The notes under the pieces were generated by a model that had not been told where the DNA came from, searched no databases, and was given only the letters and a program-made list of their open reading frames with translations. Shown here piece by piece: positions 48,323 through 58,349 of a stretch of 64,000 nucleotides of DNA. Origin of the DNA: a virus; the IMG/VR virus record IMGVR_UViG_3300025450_000015, positions 64,001 through 128,000 of that record. One strand, given 5' to 3'. The position numbers were made by a program, and so were the translations under genes. Position 1 is the first letter of the stretch; the number at the start of each line of letters is the position of its first letter.

Positions 48323-51300
48323 ATGGCTCAATTAAGTTCACCTGGAATTAGCGTAACCGTAGTTAACGAATCGTTCTACACGCCTTCTGCACCAGGTACC
48401 GTACCCCTTATCGTAGTTGCTACTCAAGCAAACAAAATGAATTCAGCTGGAACAGGTATTGCTCCAGGCACACTAGCGGCAAATGCTGGAAACGTATACC
48501 TGTTGACAAGTCAAGCAGACTTAGGCGCAACATTTGGTGTACCATACTTTCAAACAGATGCTAGCAACAATCCTATCAATGCAAGCGAAATTAATGAATA
48601 CGGTCTACAAGCCGCTTACAGTTTCTTAGGTGTTAGCAGTCAAGCATACGTTGTTCGTGCCAATGTTGATACAAGTCAATTAATTGGTTCAGCATCAGTT
48701 CCAGTAGGACTTCCATCAAATGGTACATACTGGTGGGATACTGCAACAACAAGTTTTGGTGTTTTCCAATGGAACGCAAGTGCAGTTACAGCAACTAACG
48801 GTCAAAGTTTTGTAGTACAAAATCCAGCAGTAATTAACGCAGGATCTGGTCTATACAATACTGGAACTTTTGCTCCAAATCCAAGTTTTGGTGCTGTCGG
48901 TAGTTATGCAGTTGTAACAGCTACAACACTAGCTCAGTTATGGTACAAACAATATAATACTGCCAACGACGGCACAGGTGGAGCATCCGCCGCCGCAAGC
49001 ACAGCTGGCACATGGGTACAAGTTGGTTCAACAGCTTGGGCCGCAAGTATGCCAACTGCTACAAGTACAGTAGCATCCACAGCCGCAACAGTTAGTAGTA
49101 GCGATACATTAATTGTTAATGGATACACAGTAACTGGTGCAACAACATACGCTGGATTAGTAACAGCATTAGGTTCACATGTATCTGGTGTAACAGCAAG
49201 TGTAATCAACGGTTATTTGAATTTATATTCAACAGGTGCTAACATTGTATTAAGTGGTACACTAACCAGTACAAACAAAATTATTGCCGCTGGGACATAC
49301 TATGCTCCTACAGTGACTATTGCTCCACACTATCAAGTTCCTAACTATGGTTCTTATACAAATTCAGGTAGTGTTAACGGTTACCCAACTGGTTCTATCT
49401 GGATTAAAACAACTCCAGTAAACCAAGGTGCTAATTTTGACATCGAACTATATAATTCAACAACAGCAAGTTGGATTCGTCAAGCTGTAGGTCAGTTATT
49501 TGCAAGCAATCAAGCGGCAATGGCAACATTAGATCCAACAGGCGGCGGTATTAATATTCCAGTTGGACAAGTATATGTAAAATATAACGATGATGAAATC
49601 ACAAATCCAACTTATGTAAATTACAAAATTTATCAACGTTTATCAACAGGTATAACAAGTTCAACTAGTGCTATTATAACAAATAGTACATTTGGTTCAA
49701 GCTCATTTACATTTGCTCTTTCATCTAGCCAAGTTGGTTCAGCAACATTACCAAGTTATGTAACAGTTAGTTTTACAACAACTGGCAGTGCTAGCTCTGA
49801 TGCAAACGCATTGGCAGCCGCAATTAACACAGCAGTAGTTCCATTGGCAAACGTTGTGGCAACTGTAACAAGTACAAATCAAGTTACAATTACCCATACG
49901 CAAGGCGGTGACATTAGAATCCAAGACGGTACTAATTTACCTATTGGTAAAATATTTACTGTAGGAACTAATAATGAATTTTATGCTGATCCATCCGGAA
50001 CAGCAAACTACTATATCATTACTGCATGGGCGGCAGCCAATAGTAGCGGTACTGCATTGGTTACACCTAGTGCAACAGCACCTTCAACATTACCAGTTAA
50101 CGGACAATTATGGTATAATAGTTCAATCACTGATGTAGATATTTTAATCAATGATGGTACACATTGGAGAGGTTATACTTCAACTGCTGGTAAAGTTGTT
50201 GTTAACCAGGGTGTTGGATATACAAATAATTATACACAAACTGATGCTAACGGTCCAATCATTAGTTCAACACAACCAACTACTAACAGTACAGGCGGTG
50301 TACTACAACATGGTGATTTGTGGATTAATTCAAGTAATTTAGAAGCATGGCCAACAATTTATCGTTGGAATTTCTTAACAAAAGCATGGGTATTGATTAA
50401 CAACACAGATCACACAACTAGTAATGGTATCATATTTGCCGATGCACGTTGGAGCGATGAAACATTAAATGCAAATACTGTAAAAACTGGTGCTGATACA
50501 CTGGATTCGATTGCATTATTATTATCAAGCGACTTTGTTGACTTTGACGCTCCAAACGCACAATTATATCCAAAGGGAACTTTGTTGTATAATCTACGCC
50601 GTAGCAGTTTTAACGTTAAAAAGTACGTTTCAGGTTATGTAAACACACAAGCCTATAATACAAGCGTTACCGGTAACCCAGTAATGACTTACTATTATCC
50701 AGATCGTTGGGTAACAGATGCCGCTAATGATTATTTAGGTGTGGGCGTGTTTGGTCGTAAAGCTCAACGTGCTGTTGTTGTAGCGGCTTTAAATGCTACA
50801 ATTAACGCTAATCAACAAATTCGTAACGAAGATAGTGTTACATTTAACTTATTAAGTTGCCCAGGATATTTAGAAACAACATCCGCATTGGTTAATTTAA
50901 ATACTGGTCGTGGATTACTATCATTTATTGTAGCAGATGCTCCTGCACGTTTACCAAACGATGCAACAAGTTTAAGTAACTGGGGTAATAATACAAATAA
51001 TGCAACAGGCGATGGCGAAGTTGGTCTAGTTACAACAGATGCAAATACTGGTGTATATTATCCATGGGGCTATACAACAGACTTATACGGTAATGACATC
51101 GTTGTTCCTCCAAGTCATATCATGTTGCGTACAATCGCATTAAGCGATAATGTTGCTTATCCTTGGTTTGCACCAGCAGGTGTACGTCGTGGTGGTGTAA
51201 CAAATGCAAGTAGTGTAGGTTATGTAACTGCACAAACTGGTGTGTTTAATCCTATCGCATTGAATACTGGGCAACGTAACACATTAGCCACAATACAAGT

Positions 51301-51706
51301 TAACCCAATAACATACATTGGCGGTGTTGGACTTGTAGCATACGGACAATATACTCGTAGTTTAGTCGCAAGCAGTTTAAATCGTATCAATGTAGCACGT
51401 TTAGTAATTTACTTACGTTACCAGTTGAACGCCATTTCTAAACCATATGTATTTGAACCAAATGATACAATTACACGTAACGAAATTAAACAAGAAATTG
51501 AAAAATTGTTGCTTAACCTAACAGCTGAACGTGCCCTGTACGATTATATTGTTGTATGCGACACTTCAAACAATACTCCAAGCAGAATTGATGCTAATGA
51601 GTTGTATGTTGACATTGCAATCGAACCAGTTAAGTCTGTGGAATTCATCTACATTCCATTACGTCTTGAAAATACTGGCGCAATTGCCGGTTTAAGTGGC
51701 AAATAA
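48323..51706 (+). CDS. Tail sheath protein (gp18-like) with large insertions; start at 48323
   Basis: MAQLSSPGISV start after SD GGAG and TAAATA (48285-48290); C-terminal PWFAPAGVRRG, RINVARL, VFEPND, VCDTSNNTP and IEPVKSVEFIYIP. Confidence 0.95.
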   Translation: MAQLSSPGISVTVVNESFYTPSAPGTVPLIVVATQANKMNSAGTGIAPGTLAANAGNVYLLTSQADLGATFGVPYFQTDASNNPINASEINEYGLQAAYSFLGVSSQAYVVRANVDTSQLIGSASVPVGLPSNGTYWWDTATTSFGVFQWNASAVTATNGQSFVVQNPAVINAGSGLYNTGTFAPNPSFGAVGSYAVVTATTLAQLWYKQYNTANDGTGGASAAASTAGTWVQVGSTAWAASMPTATSTVASTAATVSSSDTLIVNGYTVTGATTYAGLVTALGSHVSGVTASVINGYLNLYSTGANIVLSGTLTSTNKIIAAGTYYAPTVTIAPHYQVPNYGSYTNSGSVNGYPTGSIWIKTTPVNQGANFDIELYNSTTASWIRQAVGQLFASNQAAMATLDPTGGGINIPVGQVYVKYNDDEITNPTYVNYKIYQRLSTGITSSTSAIITNSTFGSSSFTFALSSSQVGSATLPSYVTVSFTTTGSASSDANALAAAINTAVVPLANVVATVTSTNQVTITHTQGGDIRIQDGTNLPIGKIFTVGTNNEFYADPSGTANYYIITAWAAANSSGTALVTPSATAPSTLPVNGQLWYNSSITDVDILINDGTHWRGYTSTAGKVVVNQGVGYTNNYTQTDANGPIISSTQPTTNSTGGVLQHGDLWINSSNLEAWPTIYRWNFLTKAWVLINNTDHTTSNGIIFADARWSDETLNANTVKTGADTLDSIALLLSSDFVDFDAPNAQLYPKGTLLYNLRRSSFNVKKYVSGYVNTQAYNTSVTGNPVMTYYYPDRWVTDAANDYLGVGVFGRKAQRAVVVAALNATINANQQIRNEDSVTFNLLSCPGYLETTSALVNLNTGRGLLSFIVADAPARLPNDATSLSNWGNNTNNATGDGEVGLVTTDANTGVYYPWGYTTDLYGNDIVVPPSHIMLRTIALSDNVAYPWFAPAGVRRGGVTNASSVGYVTAQTGVFNPIALNTGQRNTLATIQVNPITYIGGVGLVAYGQYTRSLVASSLNRINVARLVIYLRYQLNAISKPYVFEPNDTITRNEIKQEIEKLLLNLTAERALYDYIVVCDTSNNTPSRIDANELYVDIAIEPVKSVEFIYIPLRLENTGAIAGLSGK

Positions 51707-51717
51707 GGAGAAATTAA

Positions 51718-52353
51718 ATGGCAATCGCGGCACTATCAAATTTTACAGTACCACTAGCAAGTGATCAAAGTGCGGCTTCACAGGGCATGCTAATGCCTAA
51801 GTTGAAGTATCGTTTTAGAATTAACTTTGAAAACTTTGGTGTAAGTACTCCAACAACAGAACTAACAAAACAAGTTGCTGAAGCGGCTCGTCCACAAGTT
51901 GAATTTGAAGATCAAAAGATCGATATCTACAACAGTATTATTCATTATGCTGGCAAACCTAAGTGGAAAGCACTTACAGTTAAATTGCGTGATGATGTTA
52001 CTGGTGCAGTTAGCAAATTGGTCGGTGAGCAGAACCAGAAACAGTTTGACTTTTTTGAACAAAGTTCAGCGGCAGCGGCTGGTGATTACAAGTTTACAAT
52101 GCGTATTGAAATGTTAGACGGCGGTAACGGTTCTAATGTTCCTAACGTTTTAGAAACTTGGGAATTGTATGGATGTTATGTACAACAAACTAACTGGCAA
52201 GATTTAAAATACAGCGAGCAAGGTCCTGTAATGATTGATCTAACAATCCAGTTTGATAATGCAGTACAAACTGATCCAGTTCCTGCAATTGGTGCTCCTA
52301 AATCTGTACAAAAATCAGGTGCAAGTAGCGGTCATAACGCATTAGGTTCATAA
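51718..52353 (+). CDS. Tail tube protein (gp19-like)
   Basis: Follows the sheath gene; PKLKYRFR, YAGK.KW..LTV.LRDD, WELYGC and LTIQFDNA. Confidence 0.9.
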   Translation: MAIAALSNFTVPLASDQSAASQGMLMPKLKYRFRINFENFGVSTPTTELTKQVAEAARPQVEFEDQKIDIYNSIIHYAGKPKWKALTVKLRDDVTGAVSKLVGEQNQKQFDFFEQSSAAAAGDYKFTMRIEMLDGGNGSNVPNVLETWELYGCYVQQTNWQDLKYSEQGPVMIDLTIQFDNAVQTDPVPAIGAPKSVQKSGASSGHNALGS

Positions 52354-52360
52354 TAAAAAT

Positions 52361-52381
52361 GCCTACACACGTAGGCTTTTT
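52361..52381 (+). terminator. Rho-independent terminator after the tail tube gene
   Basis: GCCTAC-ACAC-GTAGGC followed by TTTTT. Confidence 0.8.
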
Positions 52382-52429
52382 ATTGACTATTCATTATGTA
52401 CGTAGTTAATTATTTAAATAAATAATACT

Positions 52430-53425
52430 ATGAGCTTTACATCTAACCGTAATTTACAAGCAAGTAACCATCTTTTTTTTAAAGATTGGCGCCACGCCTA
52501 TAACACCTTTGTAACTGATCAATTCAGATTAGCGCCTAAAAGTAAATTTTTATTCCATGTTGCATTTGGCATCGATAATTCTACAGTTTATAATTTAAAT
52601 TTAGTACAGCGTTACGGAAAAGAAATTAACTTGATGGTTAAAAGTGTTGATTTACCCCATTTCACAGTCAAGACTGACATGGCAAATCAATACAACAGAA
52701 AGAAAAATATTCAGTTCATACATGAACCCATGGAACTTGGAATAAAATTTCATGATGATAATATGGGACTGATTAATGCCCTGTGGCAAAATTATTACAA
52801 CTATTATTATGCTGATCCAACTAGTGCAACTATACCCGGAGCATACAATAGAACTGCCACTAAAAACGCAAATTATATTCCGACAGCATACGGATTAGAC
52901 AACGGTAGTACAGTTCCTTTTTTTAAGTACATTAAGATTTATCAAATGGCTAGACACGAATATGTACAATATACCCTAGCTAATCCTATTATCACTAGTT
53001 GGAATCATAATAAATTAGATTACAGTCAGCCAGGTACGCATGATTTTGATATGAAAATCAAATATGAAGCTGTAAGTTATAGTGTAGGAGCAGTATCCGA
53101 AGATAGCCCCGAAGGATTCGGAGAAGGGCATTATGATCACAGTCCGAGTTCTTTAAAAGGTATCAATCCAGATCCTAGTGTGCCAAATCCCAGTTTTGTA
53201 GAATCTTTAAATGTTAAGGGCAATGCGGCAAGTTTCCTTGACAGTGTGATTACACAGATTAATTCCTATCAAAACACACAACAACCAATTAATTCGAATG
53301 GTACTATGGGAATTATTGATTCAACTTCCAATAATAATGCAGGTGGGTTGAGTGGTTACAACTTTCCACAAAGTAACGATAACGATAACACAACCCAAGC
53401 TACCCAACAAAAACCAGGAGGATAA
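52430..53425 (+). CDS. Tube-like baseplate/tail-tube initiator protein (gp48/gp54-type)
   Basis: PKSKFLFHV, VKSVDLP, NQYNRK, IKFHDD and MKIKYE form a tube-fold pattern. Confidence 0.65.
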   Translation: MSFTSNRNLQASNHLFFKDWRHAYNTFVTDQFRLAPKSKFLFHVAFGIDNSTVYNLNLVQRYGKEINLMVKSVDLPHFTVKTDMANQYNRKKNIQFIHEPMELGIKFHDDNMGLINALWQNYYNYYYADPTSATIPGAYNRTATKNANYIPTAYGLDNGSTVPFFKYIKIYQMARHEYVQYTLANPIITSWNHNKLDYSQPGTHDFDMKIKYEAVSYSVGAVSEDSPEGFGEGHYDHSPSSLKGINPDPSVPNPSFVESLNVKGNAASFLDSVITQINSYQNTQQPINSNGTMGIIDSTSNNNAGGLSGYNFPQSNDNDNTTQATQQKPGG

Positions 53426-53428
53426 TAT

Positions 53429-53794
53429 ATGATAGGAAATTTACCTTCGGCAACACAAAGCGGACCAACAAATGTTAAAACATTTTTTGATACGTATTAT
53501 AATACTCCTGTAAGTTTTCCAGCGGCAGAGATCGACGCAACAATCGCATTTTTTGTCAAGCGTGGTTTTGATTATGCAGGTGCAAGTAGTACGGCAATTA
53601 TATTATTAAATCAATCTAGAGTAGAAAACGTCAGTGTGTTTAGTTTGTTAGATAAACTAAAAAGTTTAACTGATGTGCAACTTAGCCAAGTGGTTGCACA
53701 GGTATTAAATGCTTACAGAGAAAAAACCAGTCTATTAGGTTTTAGAACTGCTCAAGTTACTGACACGTTTGAATCACGTAACATATTAGTATAA
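53429..53794 (+). CDS. Hypothetical protein
   Basis: Clean ORF with SD GGAGG between the tube-like and gp4-like genes. Confidence 0.6.
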   Translation: MIGNLPSATQSGPTNVKTFFDTYYNTPVSFPAAEIDATIAFFVKRGFDYAGASSTAIILLNQSRVENVSVFSLLDKLKSLTDVQLSQVVAQVLNAYREKTSLLGFRTAQVTDTFESRNILV

Positions 53795-53795
53795 T

Positions 53796-54224
53796 ATGGC
53801 TAAATTTGCACGTGGAAAATTCACCATGAAACATCCAGAAAAGTATGTAGGTACTAAAACGCCTACTTACAGATCGAGTTGGGAATGGAGTTTTATGAAT
53901 TTCTGCGACAACAACGAAAATGTGCAAAAATGGGCAAGTGAAGCTGTGCAGATTCCTTATAGAGATCCGCTAACTGATAGACAAACAGTTTATGTTCCTG
54001 ATTTTTTTATACAGTATGTAGACCGACATAATCATGTCCTTACAGAACTAATTGAAATTAAACCAGCTAGCCAAACTATACTAGAACGTGTGGGCAAGAA
54101 CAAGTACAACCAAGCACAGTTTGTTAAAAATCAAGCCAAATGGGCTGCCGCTGGACTATGGTGTAAACAACAAGGTATTAAATTTCGTATCCTTAATGAA
54201 AATGATATCTTCAGTCAAGTTTAA
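53796..54224 (+). CDS. Head completion nuclease (T4 gp4-like, TnsA-type fold)
   Basis: YRSSWE, WASE..IPY, YVPDF, IEIKP and NQAKWAAA. Confidence 0.9.
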   Translation: MAKFARGKFTMKHPEKYVGTKTPTYRSSWEWSFMNFCDNNENVQKWASEAVQIPYRDPLTDRQTVYVPDFFIQYVDRHNHVLTELIEIKPASQTILERVGKNKYNQAQFVKNQAKWAAAGLWCKQQGIKFRILNENDIFSQV

Positions 54225-54238
54225 GCATAAGTAATAGT

Positions 54239-54721
54239 ATGACTAAAAAACTTGAAGAAATCCTAAATCTTCCCGATAGTAAAAAAATCGTTAAACAGGA
54301 AGAAAAAGCACAAGCCAAAGCTGAACTTGCTCAGCCATTCCTTCGCGACATGAGTGAGTTTGATAAAATCTCAGCCGCGTTACCAGCGGTAAAAGGTCTA
54401 GGCGATATTGCCGATAATGAACTGGACGAACTAGCACAAAAAGCAAAAGATGCCTACGAAGATATCATGGATTTAGGCATGAACGTTGAAGCTAGATACA
54501 GTGCCAGATTGTTTGAAGTAGCCGCAGGTATGTTAGGACACGCTATCAGTGCTAAAAGTGCCAAATTAGATAAAAAGCTAAAGATGATTGATCTACAGCT
54601 CAAGAAACAAAAGTTAGACCAAGATACTAACGGTCATGATGAAGGTGTTACGATTCCAGGCGATGGAGTCATTATTTCGGATCGTAATAGCTTGTTAGAG
54701 AAATTAAAGAATTTAAAATAA
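54239..54721 (+). CDS. Probable terminase small subunit
   Basis: Helical 160-aa protein (YEDIMDLG..VEAR...FEVA...DRNSLL) near the terminase large gene; T4 gp16-like size and pattern. Confidence 0.6.
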   Translation: MTKKLEEILNLPDSKKIVKQEEKAQAKAELAQPFLRDMSEFDKISAALPAVKGLGDIADNELDELAQKAKDAYEDIMDLGMNVEARYSARLFEVAAGMLGHAISAKSAKLDKKLKMIDLQLKKQKLDQDTNGHDEGVTIPGDGVIISDRNSLLEKLKNLK

Positions 54722-54742
54722 ATATAGTACTAGGATCAGACT

Positions 54743-55378
54743 ATGAAATCATACAAAGAATATTTGACCGAAAGCAAAAAAGTTTACGAATTTAAAGTAA
54801 AAATTGCTGGAGATCACCCAGATAATGCTGTTGAGCAAATCAAAGGCTCTTTGAGCCAATTCCACGTTACTAAAGTTAATAAAGGAATTACAACACCAAT
54901 TCAAGAACGTCACAGCGAATTTCCAGAGCACAAAAATGTTGGTATGACTATCTACGATGTTACTACAGATTATCCTGCAACTAGTTTACAAATTCGCGAT
55001 ATGGTTGCAACTGGCCTAGGCGTTACCCACAGCCACGTAATTGTACGCAACATGTGGGAAGAACGTGAACACGAAATTAATCACGAACACGATGAAAAAA
55101 CTGGTAAAGCAGTTGGCGGAACTACTCAAGATCCTAGTGATCACAGCGACCTAGTTAACGACAAATACAAGTATGACTTGTTAAAAGAACTAGGTAAAGA
55201 AAAACACAACATGACACAAGTTAAAGGATTTAATGATCAAATTCTTGCTGAAAAAATGCCAGGTGTCGCAGAAGAATATAGAAAAGTTAAAGAATTTAAC
55301 ACAAACAAACCAGGGACAACTAGTACCATTGGTACTAAACAAAATAAACTCCCTAAATTGCCTAAGGGGACAAAATAA
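54743..55378 (+). CDS. Probable internal head protein with capsid-targeting-like N-terminus
   Basis: N-terminus MKSYKEYLTE resembles the T4 internal-protein targeting sequence MKTYQEFIAE; TAAATA at 54719-54724. Confidence 0.6.
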   Translation: MKSYKEYLTESKKVYEFKVKIAGDHPDNAVEQIKGSLSQFHVTKVNKGITTPIQERHSEFPEHKNVGMTIYDVTTDYPATSLQIRDMVATGLGVTHSHVIVRNMWEEREHEINHEHDEKTGKAVGGTTQDPSDHSDLVNDKYKYDLLKELGKEKHNMTQVKGFNDQILAEKMPGVAEEYRKVKEFNTNKPGTTSTIGTKQNKLPKLPKGTK

Positions 55379-56661
55379 TGCAACTATACGATTTAATGGC
55401 AAAATTAAAAAAGATTGAAGAAGGTGTTGAGCCACCAAATCATTACGGTGGTCAAGGACCAGAAGGTGCTAAATTTGACCTTTATATGCAACAACGTAAA
55501 AATCAGTTAGCGGCTCAGAAACCAAAAGAGGAAAGTGTTGAAGAATGTGGTGAAGGCCCACTTCCAATGATTGCACATGCCCAACAAAGTCAACAGGACA
55601 ATGTTTCGATGAATGTTACTATGTCTGGTCAAGGATCTGGCGGTATTAAAGATCTGATGAGTATTCTACGTAATATTGAAAATGGTTCAAGCGAAAAAGA
55701 ACCAGCTATGATCATTGGTAAAGATTCCAGCGAACACGATCATGAAGAGCCTATGATGGGTGATATGGTTGCAAGTATGTCTGCCGAAGAAGGACAAAGC
55801 GATATGAGTCCTCTTACAACAGATGAACGTGGTATGGAAGAAGAATTTGACGACGATGAAGAAACTTACGGTAATAGTGCTCAAGGATCAGCAGGTCATC
55901 ATGTTCACGGTGTAGATGCTGTAACATTCAGCGGAGATGATATGAATAGTAAGGGTAAGATTAGTCCTATTCAACGTGCAGTTGGAACTAACCCATTACG
56001 TGAACCAAGTAATTTTGATGAAAGTCTAGTTAATAAACTTTCAGCAATGTACGAAGAAGTTAAACAAAAATCAATGAGCCGCAAAAGTGAAAAAATGTCT
56101 AAAAAAGATGTAAAAGAAAACGCTCATCACGATGATGATGAAGAGAAAAAGATTCGTCACCTAATGCGAAAATACGGTTGGAGTCATCAAGAAGCACTAG
56201 AGCATTATCACTATGAAGAACATGATCCTAAAGATTATGAAGACATGGAAGAATCTGCTAAATGGCGTGATCCTAAATACAAAGGCCAATTGTTTACTCA
56301 AAAGAAAGGCGACAGTGATGATTACGATAGCATAGATTACGGATACGGTATAAAAGAAAGACCTAAAAAAGATCCAGGTCAAAAACGATCTACATTTGAC
56401 AGGGATACTGTATGGACAGATCCATTAGATACTAGAAGTAATTTACCTAAGCATCACAACGATCCTGAGAACTGGGGGCATGGTAGTATTTCTAGTAAAG
56501 GCGACTCAAAAGGAAAACTTACGGCCGATAGAAGAAAGCGTATGAAAAATGATATTCGAGGAAGTTTAGGACAACACCATACTCCAACCTTACCAGAACA
56601 GATGAATGAAAGTAAAGAATTAAATGCTATGCTAGCATTAAACAAAAGATTAAACGGTTAA
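55378..56661 (+). CDS. Acidic low-complexity protein, probable prohead core/internal protein
   Basis: Rich in E/D/H; C-terminal ESKELNAMLAL motif; TAATG coupling to the upstream gene. Confidence 0.55.
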   Translation: MQLYDLMAKLKKIEEGVEPPNHYGGQGPEGAKFDLYMQQRKNQLAAQKPKEESVEECGEGPLPMIAHAQQSQQDNVSMNVTMSGQGSGGIKDLMSILRNIENGSSEKEPAMIIGKDSSEHDHEEPMMGDMVASMSAEEGQSDMSPLTTDERGMEEEFDDDEETYGNSAQGSAGHHVHGVDAVTFSGDDMNSKGKISPIQRAVGTNPLREPSNFDESLVNKLSAMYEEVKQKSMSRKSEKMSKKDVKENAHHDDDEEKKIRHLMRKYGWSHQEALEHYHYEEHDPKDYEDMEESAKWRDPKYKGQLFTQKKGDSDDYDSIDYGYGIKERPKKDPGQKRSTFDRDTVWTDPLDTRSNLPKHHNDPENWGHGSISSKGDSKGKLTADRRKRMKNDIRGSLGQHHTPTLPEQMNESKELNAMLALNKRLNG

Positions 56662-56696
56662 GTTTCGTCGCAGTTAGCACCCTGTCCAAGGTGCCA

Positions 56697-56723
56697 AATA
56701 GACCCTCCGGGGTCTATTTTTTT
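56697..56723 (+). terminator. Rho-independent terminator
   Basis: AATAGACCC-TCCG-GGGTCTATT followed by a T-tract; a second hairpin GCACC/GGTGC lies just upstream. Confidence 0.88.
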
Positions 56724-56737
56724 GTGTAAATAAAGTT

Positions 56738-58339
56738 ATGGCAAAATCACTAGACGGCGTCTTAACAAAGAAGGCGCATACAAAAGAAAAATTTACAGAA
56801 CAACAAGTTCAAGATTTGTTGGAGTGTGCCAACCCCGAGACTGGCTATTTGCATTTTGCAAAACATTTCTTTCATATACAGCACCCTGTAAAAGGAAAGG
56901 TTAAATTTGAACCTTACAAATACCAAACAGGATTATTAAGTGCTTACCACAACTATCGTTTTAACATTAATATGTTGCCACGTCAAAGTGGAAAGACTAC
57001 TTGTGCATCAGCGTACTTGTTATGGTATGCTATGTTTCATCCAGATCAGACTATTCTAATTGCCGCACACAAATACACAGGCGCACAGGAAATTATGCAA
57101 CGTATTCGTTACGGATACGAATTATGTCCTGATTATATTAGATCAGGTGTTGTAAGTTATAACAAAGGGAGCATTGATTTTGACAACGGATCAAGAATTG
57201 TATCAGCTACTACTACTGGTAACACCGGTCGTGGTATGTCCATATCCTTATTATATTGTGACGAGTTTGCGTTCCTTCAACCTAACATTGCTGATGAATT
57301 TTGGACATCAATCAGCCCCACACTAGCAACTGGTGGACGAGCAATTATTACTTCAACACCTAACAGTGACGAAGATACGTTTGCTATTATCTGGAAAGAA
57401 AGTCAAGATTTCTTTGACGAGTACGGTAATGAAAAGGATGACAAGACTGGACGTAACGGGTTTCATGGATTTAAAGCCGATTGGTGGGAACATCCAGATC
57501 GCGATGACGAATGGAAGAAAACTGAGATGGGACGTATCGGTGAAGAACGTTTCCGTCGCGAGTACGGTTGCGAATTTTTAGTTTATGATGAAACCTTAAT
57601 CAGCAGTTTAAAACTTGCAGAATTAGTAGGACGAGAGCCTGCTTTTAAAATGGGTCAAGTGCGTTGGTATAAAAAACCCGAACCTGGACATGTTTATCTT
57701 ATAGCCCTGGATCCTAGTTTAGGTACTGGCGGCGACTACGGTGCCATCGAAGTGTTTGAAATGCCCAGTATGACTCAAATAGCCGAGTGGCAACATAACA
57801 TTACACCTATACAACAGCAGGTTAAAATACTTAGAGATGTTATCAAATACATAGCAGATGAGATAGGAGAAGATAGTTTTAATCAAATCTACTGGAGTGT
57901 GGAAAATAATACTGTGGGTGAAAGTGCCCTAGTTGTCATAGACAATCTAGGAGAAGAAACTTTCCCAGGGTTATTTTTAAGTGAACCCTTACGAAAAGGG
58001 CATGTTAAGAAATTCCGCAAAGGGTTTAATACTACATTTGGTACTAAAATTGCCACTTGTGCTAAAATTAAATACCTAATCGAAGAAGGAAAATGTACTA
58101 TAAACAGCCGTACTTTACTAAGCGAACTTAAAACTTATATTGCAAAAGGTACTACTTTTGCGGCCAAAGAAGGGCAACACGACGACCTAGTAGCGGCTTT
58201 ACTATTAATAGTACGTATGGCTATTGTACTGGCAGAATGGGATCCTAATGTATTTGATAGACTAAAAGTACATAGCGATTGGGCCGAAGAAGAAAATTAC
58301 GAACTACCCTTGCCTATATTCATATCTACGGGGATGTGA
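56738..58339 (+). CDS. Terminase large subunit (T4 gp17-like)
   Basis: Walker A PRQSGKTT, Walker B LLYCDE, TSTPN, FRREYGCEF, and nuclease motifs ALDPSLG and HDDLV. Confidence 0.97.
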   Translation: MAKSLDGVLTKKAHTKEKFTEQQVQDLLECANPETGYLHFAKHFFHIQHPVKGKVKFEPYKYQTGLLSAYHNYRFNINMLPRQSGKTTCASAYLLWYAMFHPDQTILIAAHKYTGAQEIMQRIRYGYELCPDYIRSGVVSYNKGSIDFDNGSRIVSATTTGNTGRGMSISLLYCDEFAFLQPNIADEFWTSISPTLATGGRAIITSTPNSDEDTFAIIWKESQDFFDEYGNEKDDKTGRNGFHGFKADWWEHPDRDDEWKKTEMGRIGEERFRREYGCEFLVYDETLISSLKLAELVGREPAFKMGQVRWYKKPEPGHVYLIALDPSLGTGGDYGAIEVFEMPSMTQIAEWQHNITPIQQQVKILRDVIKYIADEIGEDSFNQIYWSVENNTVGESALVVIDNLGEETFPGLFLSEPLRKGHVKKFRKGFNTTFGTKIATCAKIKYLIEEGKCTINSRTLLSELKTYIAKGTTFAAKEGQHDDLVAALLLIVRMAIVLAEWDPNVFDRLKVHSDWAEEENYELPLPIFISTGM

Positions 58340-58349
58340 TAAATATTAT

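Noticed and set aside
56738-58339. Intein or intron in terminase (also checked in capsid and recombinase)
   Set aside because: Motifs are contiguous at the expected spacing and the lengths are ordinary.
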